From a bacterium (lineage in GTDB: Bacteria > Bacillota_I > Bacilli_A > RFN20 > CAG-826), in contig CAVIPD010000043.1 of NCBI GenBank assembly GCA_963644775.1, positions 1 through 29,116 of the forward strand: a stretch of 29,116 bases of DNA, read 5' to 3'. Under the pieces are notes generated by a model. The model saw only the letters and a list, made by a program, of their open reading frames with translations, had not been told where the DNA came from and searched no databases. Of this stretch, positions 17,439 through 25,257 are shown one piece after another. A program made the translations under genes and the position numbers. Positions within the stretch are counted from its first letter, which is position 1; the number at the start of each line of letters is the position of its first letter.

Positions 17439-17467
17439 TTGAAGAGCAATAATTGCGTCTTTATTAT
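17439..17467 (+). promoter_or_regulatory. Putative promoter placing +1 at the cca start codon (leaderless)
   Basis: TTGAAG (17439-17444), 17-nt spacer, TATTAT (17462-17467), then 6 nt to ATG 17474. No SD sequence. Confidence 0.6.
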
Positions 17468-17473
17468 TTAATT

Positions 17474-18088
17474 ATGAATATAAATGTTTTTGATAGCTTA
17501 ACAATCTTATTTAATAAAAAAGGTTATCGTTTATATATGGTTGGCGGTGCGACAAGAGACTATCTTTTGAAGCGCCCTATTTTAGATTACGATTTTGTAA
17601 CTGACGCTACACCAACACAAATGCAAAAATTTCTTCCTAATGCTGATTTCACTTTTTCTCGTTTCGGCACTGTAAAAATTAAAATTAATGGAATGAAAGT
17701 TGATATAACTACACTACGTGTAGAAAGTGATTATAAAGATTATCGTCATCCTGGTAAAGTAGTTTTCACCAAATCCACTCAAGATGATTATGTTAGAAGA
17801 GATTTTACAATTAACGCTATCTATATCGATGAAAATTATAACATCATAGATTATTGCAATGGGCTTAAAGATTTAAATGATAAATTAATTCGCTTTATTG
17901 GTGATCCTGATAGACGTATTAAAGAAGACCCTCTTCGCATAATTAGAGCAGAACGATTTGAAAAGAAACTTGGATTTAAAATCGAAGATGAATCATTTAA
18001 AGCTATTGAAAGAAATAGACATTTAATTGATGAACTTAACCCTCAAAAGGTTAAATCTGAACTTGAAAAAATGAAAAATGAGTTTTAA
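17474..18088 (+). CDS. cca: Class II tRNA nucleotidyltransferase (CCA-adding/poly(A) polymerase family), unusually short at 204 aa
   Basis: VGGATRD...DYD (motif A), DITTLR, RRDFTINA (motif B), EDPLRIIRAERF (motif D/E). ATG 17474 preferred over the TTG at 17453. Confidence 0.88.
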   Translation: MNINVFDSLTILFNKKGYRLYMVGGATRDYLLKRPILDYDFVTDATPTQMQKFLPNADFTFSRFGTVKIKINGMKVDITTLRVESDYKDYRHPGKVVFTKSTQDDYVRRDFTINAIYIDENYNIIDYCNGLKDLNDKLIRFIGDPDRRIKEDPLRIIRAERFEKKLGFKIEDESFKAIERNRHLIDELNPQKVKSELEKMKNEF

Positions 18089-18118
18089 TAAAACTCTTAA
18101 TAATATAAAATATTAAAT

Positions 18119-18763
18119 ATGTCAGTCATTCAAATGGAAGCATTAGACTTCCGCTATTTATTACTCGAATATTATAAGAAACTAAAAATTAGTGAAAATG
18201 AATTAGCGGTTATTTTAATGATTGATCATTTATTGAATCAAAAAAATAATCTTATCACTCCTGATATGCTTTCATTAAAAATGAACTTATCATCAAAAGA
18301 TCTTGATAAGATTCTTGTTTCTTTAATTGAAAGAAATTATTTAGTTTATGAAGTTGGCAAAAAAATCAAAGTCTCATTAAAACCACTTCAAAAGAAACTT
18401 TATGACACATTCCAAGTTGCTTTAGCAAAAGAACAAGAAAATGTTTCAAACGAAAGAAAAGCAGCTGCCTTAAACAATATTTACGAAGTTTTTGAGAAAG
18501 AACTTAAACGTACATTATCTCCATTAGAATTTTCATTAATTGGAGAATGGATTAATGATGGCTTTAGTGATGAAGTTATTATCGCTGCATTTAATGAAGC
18601 CTTATCGAAAGGCAAAAAATCATTAAAAAGTGTTGATAGAATTCTTGTTCAATGGAAAGTTAGAGATGACATTGAAAAAGAAGGAATCTCGAATGTTAAA
18701 GAAGTTTGGGATGATGATATTGAAAAAACAATCGAAATTGCAAAAGCAAAATGGATTGATTAA
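18119..18763 (+). CDS. dnaD: DnaD-domain replication protein
   Basis: LLEYYKKLKISENE N-terminus and FEKELKRTLSPLE...I-W...ILVQW. Conserved dnaD-nth order. Confidence 0.9.
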   Translation: MSVIQMEALDFRYLLLEYYKKLKISENELAVILMIDHLLNQKNNLITPDMLSLKMNLSSKDLDKILVSLIERNYLVYEVGKKIKVSLKPLQKKLYDTFQVALAKEQENVSNERKAAALNNIYEVFEKELKRTLSPLEFSLIGEWINDGFSDEVIIAAFNEALSKGKKSLKSVDRILVQWKVRDDIEKEGISNVKEVWDDDIEKTIEIAKAKWID

Positions 18764-19392
18764 TGAAAATAAAAAATTCTATCCTATTTAAATATTTAGA
18801 TGAGTTATATCCTGATGCTCATTGTGAATTAAATTATTCAAAAGATTACGAGCTTTTGATTGCGATTATGCTATCTGCTCAAACAACTGATAAAGCAGTG
18901 AATAGAGCAACTGCTAATTTATTTAATAAATATCATTCATTAGAAGAACTCAAAAATGCTGATTTAGATGAGATTATAAAATGCATTTCATTTTTAGGAA
19001 TGTATAAAAATAAAGCTAAATATATTATTGAGATTGCTACGGAATTAGTTGATAAATATAATGGCAAAGTTCCTGATGATGAAAGCATATTAATTTCTCT
19101 TCCTGGAGTTGGTAATAAAACTAAAAATTGTTATTTAGCAGAATTTGAACATAAACCACTTTTAGCAGTAGACACTCATGTACAAAGAGTTACTAGAAGA
19201 TTAGGTATTGCAAAACTTAGTGATAATCCACTTACAATTGAGAAAAAACTAATGACTTATATACCTAGTAATAAACTTATAAAAGTAAACCATCAGTTAA
19301 TATGGTTTGGTAGATATTTTTGTAAAGCTATTTCACCTAATTGCAAACAATGTAAAATATGCGAGTTTTGCAAAGAAAAACCTAATATTTAA
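18763..19392 (+). CDS. nth: Endonuclease III
   Basis: LSAQTTD, HhH motif LPGVGNKT, AVDTHV, and Fe-S motif C-x6-C-x2-C-x5-C (CKAISPNCKQCKICEFC). Confidence 0.97.
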   Translation: MKIKNSILFKYLDELYPDAHCELNYSKDYELLIAIMLSAQTTDKAVNRATANLFNKYHSLEELKNADLDEIIKCISFLGMYKNKAKYIIEIATELVDKYNGKVPDDESILISLPGVGNKTKNCYLAEFEHKPLLAVDTHVQRVTRRLGIAKLSDNPLTIEKKLMTYIPSNKLIKVNHQLIWFGRYFCKAISPNCKQCKICEFCKEKPNI

Positions 19393-19966
19393 AGTATTTT
19401 TCTTCGATAATCGGTAAATAATCGAGGCGTGGATGGTAGCCTCTTTTAATTTGATTTCCATTACTTTTTATGAACTCATATGGAAGTGATTGACGTTCAT
19501 TTTTATCAGTGAATTCAATGACATATTTCGCGTCCAATAAATAGCCCTCTTGAAGTCTAACAAATTCAATAATAAAAAAAGCAATACCGCCATGAGTTAT
19601 TACGTTTTTTAAATGCTTAACTTGTTGACTTGGAATATTACTTAAAGGAAGTGATGTTTTTGAATGAGTTGATTTAGCTTCAAAGTCGATGTATCTACCT
19701 TTATAGACACCGTTATAGTCAGTTGTTGATTGCTTCTCAAAATAAGCATTAGTGATAATAGCTCCTTTTGTGTAATCAACTTTAACAACATTAATAGGCG
19801 TTGGCCTTTTCGTGATTAAACAGAGATTTTTTTCTAGATAATATTGATTTGAATCGTTTAAATCACTTTCTAAGCCCATGCCTCTATTACCGGATTGAAT
19901 TGGTTTAGAAATTCTTCTAGTTTTGGTTTTAATTTTGGCTGGTGCGCCATTAGGATATTTAATCAT
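19382..19966 (-). CDS. recU: Holliday junction resolvase RecU
   Basis: MIKYPNG, NRGMGLE, KRPTPI, STTDYNGVYKGRYIDFEAK. Confidence 0.97.
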   Translation of the reverse strand: MIKYPNGAPAKIKTKTRRISKPIQSGNRGMGLESDLNDSNQYYLEKNLCLITKRPTPINVVKVDYTKGAIITNAYFEKQSTTDYNGVYKGRYIDFEAKSTHSKTSLPLSNIPSQQVKHLKNVITHGGIAFFIIEFVRLQEGYLLDAKYVIEFTDKNERQSLPYEFIKSNGNQIKRGYHPRLDYLPIIEEKYFKY

Positions 19967-20688
19967 TCGAGCGAATCCTTAACGAGTTCTTCAAAATTAT
20001 TCGGTGAGACAGTTTCACCTTTTGCTAGTTTTGCTAATATACCTTGAATAGGTGAAGGTAGATGTCTCATTTTAATAAGAACTTTTTTGTATTCTTCTTT
20101 AAGTATCTCTCTATTATTAAGCATAGCTTGGTATAGATATGCCAAGTTAAGCGAATCTGCTAGTGCATTATGTTGTGTACCTTTGAAATCAACATTAAAA
20201 ATCTTAAGCATATTTGCAAGTGAATATGTGTTATTGTTTTCATCTTTCATAAATGTTGAAATAAAATCACTTAAATCAAAATTATGTTTAATCATTAGAT
20301 GAACATCATCTTTTGGAGCGTCTAAATTATAAGCAAGTGATTGAGCAAGGATTCTTAAATCATGATTTCCAAATGTAACAAATAATGTTTTATTGAAATC
20401 TCTCCCCATGTATTTTTTAAGCTCGTTAATAGCGACTCTAAATGGGACTCCGTTTTTCTTTACATCATCTTCGGTTATTCCTGTTAGTTCAGTAACAACT
20501 TTACCGATTTTATTTTTAGCCTTAACTAATGTGTAATAACCTTTATGGTATTTTTTGATGGTCATATCTTTATATAAATCGACCTTAACTGCTCCAATAG
20601 CAATCATTTCATGCGAGAACTGTGTACCTTCTAAATCTAAGAAGCAAAGTGTTCTACGATGTTGTATATGTTTTTCTAATTCTTTCAT
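19963..20688 (-). CDS. DEDDh 3'-5' exonuclease (ERI-1/KapD-like)
   Basis: ExoI FLDLEGT, ELTGIT, ExoII FGNHDLRIL, ExoIII HNALADS. ATG 20688 preferred over GTG 20709. ATGA overlap with recU. Confidence 0.88.
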   Translation of the reverse strand: MKELEKHIQHRRTLCFLDLEGTQFSHEMIAIGAVKVDLYKDMTIKKYHKGYYTLVKAKNKIGKVVTELTGITEDDVKKNGVPFRVAINELKKYMGRDFNKTLFVTFGNHDLRILAQSLAYNLDAPKDDVHLMIKHNFDLSDFISTFMKDENNNTYSLANMLKIFNVDFKGTQHNALADSLNLAYLYQAMLNNREILKEEYKKVLIKMRHLPSPIQGILAKLAKGETVSPNNFEELVKDSLE

Positions 20689-20777
20689 AATTCGGTGATT
20701 ATTATACACTAGTTTTATGAAAATTATTTATTTAAATCATTTTCTAAAATATAATAATAACGGCTTAGAGGTAATTT

Positions 20778-21140
20778 ATGGCTGGAAAAGTTAATTTTAA
20801 TTCAAATAGTTTATTTGATGTTAAATTTGCAAAGAATGTTAAAGGCTATGATGCATATCAAGTTGATATGACATTAGACAAAGTCCTTGATGATTATCGT
20901 TTCTATGAAAGCTTTTACCAAGAAGCCAAGACTTATATCGCTAAGTTGGAAAGCGATATTAAGAAACTAAATGATGAATCAAGAAAAAAAGATATCGAAA
21001 TTGCGAGAATCAAAAAACGCATTGAAGGTATCAAAGATAATACAAATGTATCATCTGAAAACATTGATTTACTTCAAAGAATTAACGCACTTGAAAGAGT
21101 CTTATATTCTAAAGGCATAGATCCAACAAAAATAAGATAA
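20778..21140 (+). CDS. gpsB: DivIVA-domain protein, GpsB-like
   Basis: KFAKNVKGYDAYQVDMTLDKV followed by a coiled coil. Immediately upstream of rnpB, as gpsB is in Bacilli. Confidence 0.8.
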   Translation: MAGKVNFNSNSLFDVKFAKNVKGYDAYQVDMTLDKVLDDYRFYESFYQEAKTYIAKLESDIKKLNDESRKKDIEIARIKKRIEGIKDNTNVSSENIDLLQRINALERVLYSKGIDPTKIR

Positions 21141-21142
21141 AA

Positions 21143-21479
21143 TCCGATCTGGACAATTGCTAGATTATCTAGAGGAAAGTCCATGCTCGCACCATCTGAG
21201 ATGATGGTAGTGATTGTGCTAGCGAAAAAAATAACGCTAGGTATGTAGGAGTACATAACGGCGGAACTAATCTAAAACATATGTCATGATGATGTTCCTG
21301 AAAGTGCCACAGTGACGATGCTAATAGAAATATTAGAGTGGAACGAGGGTAAACCCCACAAGCGAGAAACCCAAATTTGGTAGGGGAGGTCAGAAGGGAG
21401 AATAGAATCCCTGATGGCATGCAACAACGTTGTATAGATAAATTTTTGTCCTAGACAAAACATGGCTTATAGGATCGGA
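21143..21479 (+). ncRNA. rnpB: RNase P RNA, bacterial B-type
   Basis: GAGGAAAGTCCATGCTCGC, GAAAGTGCCACAGTGACG, GGTAAACCCC, GCGAGAAACCCAAATTTGGTAGGGGA, ACAAAACATGGCTTA. P1 ends TCCGATCT (21143-21150) / GGATCGGA (21472-21479). Confidence 0.97.
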
Positions 21480-21499
21480 ACTCAAAAAAAGGAGATTAT

Positions 21500-22144
21500 A
21501 TGAATTTACCAAATAGGATTACAGTTTCAAGAATTGTTCTTATTATTGGAATGATTGTTGCAATGCTTGTTTTAGCATTTATTCCTGATTTTAGTTCACC
21601 AACATTAGGTAATTCTAATATAAATTTAGTTTATTTAATTTTCTGTATTGTCTTTATCATTGCGGCTTTTACAGATTTTCTTGATGGTCATTTAGCGAGA
21701 AAACTTAATCTTGTTACAGCATTCGGTAAATTCTTAGATCCGATTGCTGACAAATTATTAAATGATGCGACAATGATTTTCTTACTCGTCCCACAAGCAT
21801 ATGCTGTTAATCAAAGGAAAGATGGAACAATGCTTACCGTCCTTATGATCTGCGTTATTATTATGATTGCTCGAGATTTAGTTGTCGATGCATTAAGAAT
21901 GATTGCTGTTGAAAGAGGTAAAGTTATTGCAGCAAATAAATTTGGTAAAGCAAAAACAGTTTTACAAATGATTGCCATTCCAATGCTTTTATTAAATGAT
22001 TGGCCATTTAATTATTTTGATAATAGTTGGCCAGAAGCATTACAAATTTCAAACATCTTCTTTTATTTAGCTACTCTAATGTCATTAATTTCTGGTATAA
22101 TATATTTAGTTCAAAACATTAATGTTTTGAAAGAAACTAAATAA
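21500..22144 (+). CDS. pgsA: CDP-diacylglycerol--glycerol-3-phosphate 3-phosphatidyltransferase
   Basis: MNLPNRITVSRI and CDP-alcohol motif TDFLDGHLARKLNLVTAFGKFLDPIADK. Confidence 0.96.
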   Translation: MNLPNRITVSRIVLIIGMIVAMLVLAFIPDFSSPTLGNSNINLVYLIFCIVFIIAAFTDFLDGHLARKLNLVTAFGKFLDPIADKLLNDATMIFLLVPQAYAVNQRKDGTMLTVLMICVIIMIARDLVVDALRMIAVERGKVIAANKFGKAKTVLQMIAIPMLLLNDWPFNYFDNSWPEALQISNIFFYLATLMSLISGIIYLVQNINVLKETK

Positions 22145-22147
22145 TAT

Positions 22148-22621
22148 ATGGAAAAACTTTTAAAATTATTAAGTGAAAATAACCTCACTTTAGGAAGTGT
22201 TGAATCACTTACTGGAGGTCTTTTTGCTAGCGAATTGACAAGTATTCCGGGCGCAAGCAAAGTTTATAAAGGTTCTTTAATTACGTATGCTATTGGTGAG
22301 AAAGTTAAACTCGCCCACGTGCACCTAGATACAATAAAGGAATATAGTGTTGTTAGCGAAGAAGTTTCAATTGAAATGGCAAAAGGCGGTAAAGAAGCAT
22401 TAGATGTTGATATTTGCGTTTCTGTTACCGGTAATGCAGGACCAACTACTGAACCGGGTGGTAAGCCTGTTGGAGAAGTCCATATTTCAGTAGCCTATTT
22501 AAATAAGGTTATACATGAAAAACTTAATCTCAAAGGTGATCGCAATCACATACGTTGTATGTGCGTTGAAGAAATGAAAAACTTAATCTCACAAGTGGCC
22601 CTTGATGAGTTTAAAAAATAA
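22148..22621 (+). CDS. cinA: Stand-alone CinA C-terminal domain (PncC-type NMN deamidase)
   Basis: ESLTGG, IPGAS, TY...K, VVSEEV-IEMA-G, TGNAGP, KPVG. Lies between pgsA and recA and lacks the N-terminal MoCF domain. Confidence 0.9.
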   Translation: MEKLLKLLSENNLTLGSVESLTGGLFASELTSIPGASKVYKGSLITYAIGEKVKLAHVHLDTIKEYSVVSEEVSIEMAKGGKEALDVDICVSVTGNAGPTTEPGGKPVGEVHISVAYLNKVIHEKLNLKGDRNHIRCMCVEEMKNLISQVALDEFKK

Positions 22622-22662
22622 AGAAATTGTGTTTAATATTAGCGAAAGGTTAGGTACATTTT

Positions 22663-23655
22663 ATGAAAAAAGAAGATGTGAAAAGTAAAGAAGTTGCCTT
22701 AGAGGAAGCACTTAAAGAAATTGAACATAATTTTGGCAAGGGCTCAGTTATGAAACTTGGTGAACGTCAACACATTGATGTTGATGTCATCCCTTCAGGT
22801 TCATTATTGATTGATAATGCGCTTGGGGTTGGTGGTTATCCTAAAGGCAGAATTGTTGAAATATATGGCCCTGAATCAAGTGGTAAAACAACACTTGCAT
22901 TACACGCAATTGCAGAGGCCCAAAAAAAAGGCGGACGCGCTGCGTTCGTCGATGCTGAACACTCGATAGATCCTGTATATGCGAAAAGTTTAGGCGTTAA
23001 TATTGATGAATTAATTCTTTCTCAACCAAGTAGTGGAGAAGAAGCATTATCAATTGTTGAGATGCTTGCTAATAGCGGCGCATTCGATATTATCATTGTT
23101 GATAGCGTTGCTGCATTAGTGCCTCAAGCCGAACTTGATGGAGAAATGGGAGATAGTCAAGTTGGTCTACAAGCTAGGCTTATGTCTAAAGCTATGAGAA
23201 AACTTGCTGCTATATTAAACATTCACGATTGTACAGTTATTTTTATTAACCAACTTCGTGAAAAAGTTGGTGTTATCTACGGAAATCCGGAAACTACAAC
23301 AGGCGGACGTGCATTAAAATTCTATGCCTCTGTTCGTATTGATATTCGTCGTTCAGAAGCTATTAAAGCTGGTAGTTCGATCATTGGTAATACAGTCAAT
23401 GTAAAAATTGTTAAAAACAAAGTTGCTCCTCCATTTAAGAACTGTTATGTTGATATCATATTTGGAAAAGGTATTTGCAAGAATGCAGAAATCCTTGAAA
23501 TTGGTGTTGAAAAAGGAATTCTTAAAAAATCAGGTTCATGGTTTGAATATGAAGGCAATAGATTCGCTAATGGAAAAGATGCCGGTAGAGCTTACCTTGA
23601 TGAACATCCAGATTTCGCCGAAGAATTATTAAATAAAATCAAGGAATCAAAGTAA
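22663..23655 (+). CDS. recA: Recombinase RecA
   Basis: [58 protein letters not shown]. Confidence 0.99.
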   Translation: MKKEDVKSKEVALEEALKEIEHNFGKGSVMKLGERQHIDVDVIPSGSLLIDNALGVGGYPKGRIVEIYGPESSGKTTLALHAIAEAQKKGGRAAFVDAEHSIDPVYAKSLGVNIDELILSQPSSGEEALSIVEMLANSGAFDIIIVDSVAALVPQAELDGEMGDSQVGLQARLMSKAMRKLAAILNIHDCTVIFINQLREKVGVIYGNPETTTGGRALKFYASVRIDIRRSEAIKAGSSIIGNTVNVKIVKNKVAPPFKNCYVDIIFGKGICKNAEILEIGVEKGILKKSGSWFEYEGNRFANGKDAGRAYLDEHPDFAEELLNKIKESK

Positions 23656-23658
23656 AAT

Positions 23659-23690
23659 AAAAGGTGTTAGTCACCTTTTTTTCTTTTTTT
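23659..23690 (+). terminator. recA terminator overlapping the 3' end of the convergent MFS gene
   Basis: AAAAGGTG (23659-23666)-ttagt-CACCTTTT (23672-23679) followed by a long T-run. Confidence 0.75.
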
Positions 23691-25055
23691 ATTTTCAAAT
23701 AATGCTTTACCCTTTGTTTCTGGTATTTTCATTAATAATACAAATAATGCTAAACATAGTGATGGTGGAACCATTATTCCAACCAATAAACTTATATCTA
23801 AATTATTAAGAAGATTATCAAATAAAATTGATATTGCGGTTGCTACAAAAGAGCCTGCACTTATCGAAACACTTATAACTGACATGATTGATGAACGAAG
23901 TGCAGTAGGTGATTCTTCGGAGCACATAATATTCATCGTATCTAAACCTGACAAATAACCGCCGATAAATAACCCTAGAAATGATCCAATAACCCAACAG
24001 TTCCAATTGAATCTAACAGCAAAAATAAAGAAGATAATTGATATAAGTGAAACACTAACATTTAAAATTGACGCCATACGTCTGCCGAATTTATCCGATA
24101 TAATTCCGCTTATTAAAATTATTGCTGCGCATACAAACGGATAAAGTATTAAAGCATTATCAATTGCTGTATCTGATAAGGGAGAATATTCCTTTGATGA
24201 AAGAATAATTGAGTAGTTAGCTTGACCAATTGAAGAAATCGCGAAAACAAACATTGCTAAAAATAACCACAAGAAGAATTTATTTTTAAACATATGTTTA
24301 ATTGCAGGAATAATACCTCCTTCGTTATTTTTAATAATTTCTTTTTTTCTACCACGTTTATGAGCAGCACGAATACGATCTTCTAAATTTGATATTTTAC
24401 AGTCTAAAAAAACTTCACTTTCTTGAATTAACAATATTCCAATTATTCCAACAAGTAACGCTACTATAGCAGGAGCTAAAAATGCTCCCTGCCAAATATA
24501 ACCTTGTTGTTCAACATGAGCGGCTAACATTGGGACAACTGAAACACCCATAATTCCAATGGCTTTTGTGATTGATAAATTTAAAGCTCTTCGTTTATCA
24601 GAAGATGTTTCAATAACATATAGAACTTGAATATCACAAGGGGCAAAAAAGAATAATATCGTAATTCCAATAATGTAAATTGGAAGAATGGGCGCAATAA
24701 AGCAGATAAACATTCCAATAGCAATTCCAAAAAGGTTAATTATCAAAAATGGTTTACGACCATATTTATCTGCTAATGGACGATAGAAGAAACTGAAAAT
24801 TGCTATTGAACTACATAATGTCAATGTAATTGTATATAAAGTGTAGTCACTATTAAAGAAATCTAAAAAAACATCGTTTTGAAGAACGCTATTAATGTTT
24901 GTAGCAATTTCATCAACGATATATGCTAAACAGAAAATAACCATTGCATAAAAAATATAAAAATGTGGTCTAATTTTACGTTTTTTATCCGACCATTTTT
25001 TTATTTCGATTTCGTCTTTTGCTAATTGAAGGTTAAGAGCACTAGTCTTCTTCAT
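23667..25055 (-). CDS. Major facilitator superfamily transporter, substrate unknown
   Basis: About 12 hydrophobic segments. MFS motif A twice (LADKYGRKP, GIISDKFGRR), ESPTALRS and PETKG (sugar-porter-like signatures). Confidence 0.92.
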   Translation of the reverse strand: MKKTSALNLQLAKDEIEIKKWSDKKRKIRPHFYIFYAMVIFCLAYIVDEIATNINSVLQNDVFLDFFNSDYTLYTITLTLCSSIAIFSFFYRPLADKYGRKPFLIINLFGIAIGMFICFIAPILPIYIIGITILFFFAPCDIQVLYVIETSSDKRRALNLSITKAIGIMGVSVVPMLAAHVEQQGYIWQGAFLAPAIVALLVGIIGILLIQESEVFLDCKISNLEDRIRAAHKRGRKKEIIKNNEGGIIPAIKHMFKNKFFLWLFLAMFVFAISSIGQANYSIILSSKEYSPLSDTAIDNALILYPFVCAAIILISGIISDKFGRRMASILNVSVSLISIIFFIFAVRFNWNCWVIGSFLGLFIGGYLSGLDTMNIMCSEESPTALRSSIMSVISVSISAGSFVATAISILFDNLLNNLDISLLVGIMVPPSLCLALFVLLMKIPETKGKALFENKKRKKGD

Positions 25056-25062
25056 GAGTAAT

Positions 25063-25071
25063 ATTCTACCA
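25063..25071 (-). promoter_or_regulatory. Extended -10 promoter for the MFS gene (leaderless geometry)
   Basis: Minus strand TG-G-TAGAAT followed by 7 nt and then ATG 25055. No SD sequence. Confidence 0.6.
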
Positions 25072-25095
25072 TTTTATACAAAAATGGAGAAATTG

Positions 25096-25104
25096 TGATA
25101 TAAT
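25096..25104 (+). promoter_or_regulatory. Extended -10 promoter for the rny operon
   Basis: TG-A-TATAAT, predicting +1 near 25111 and a leader of about 147 nt. Confidence 0.65.
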
Positions 25105-25257
25105 CTAAACGTATCATAAGATACTTATTACCAAATATTTTATTCGGATCTATCCGTTTACATATACAATATCATGTTCTAAAAAGAGCATTATTAAGGT
25201 AATAACTCATTTATCGATATATTTATATATCGTCTTATATTATTAGGAGGTAAAACC

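Noticed and set aside
12926..19966. Mycoplasma-type genetic code 4 (TGA = Trp)
   Set aside because: Full-length proteins translate without internal TGA, and TGA serves as the stop in ATGA overlaps at mnmG/rsmG and exonuclease/recU.
21074..21420. Minus-strand ORFs 21074-21256 and 21169-21420
   Set aside because: They are antisense to gpsB and the RNase P RNA, and the sequence is fully explained by those genes.
22148..22621. cinA as a truncated pseudogene
   Set aside because: Stand-alone PncC-type CinA C-terminal proteins of this size are common, and the catalytic Ser/Lys motifs appear intact.
22622..22635. Possible LexA (Cheo) box upstream of recA: GAAA-ttgt-GTTT
   Set aside because: Two mismatches to GAAC-N4-GTTC in AT-rich DNA make it too weak to call without knowing whether the genome encodes LexA.
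13623..25105. Identical 15-mer AATTGTGATATAATC at 13623 and 25091
   Set aside because: Largely explained by the extended -10 consensus (TRTGnTATAAT) at two promoters. It is not palindromic, and there is no evidence for a shared operator or repeat element.
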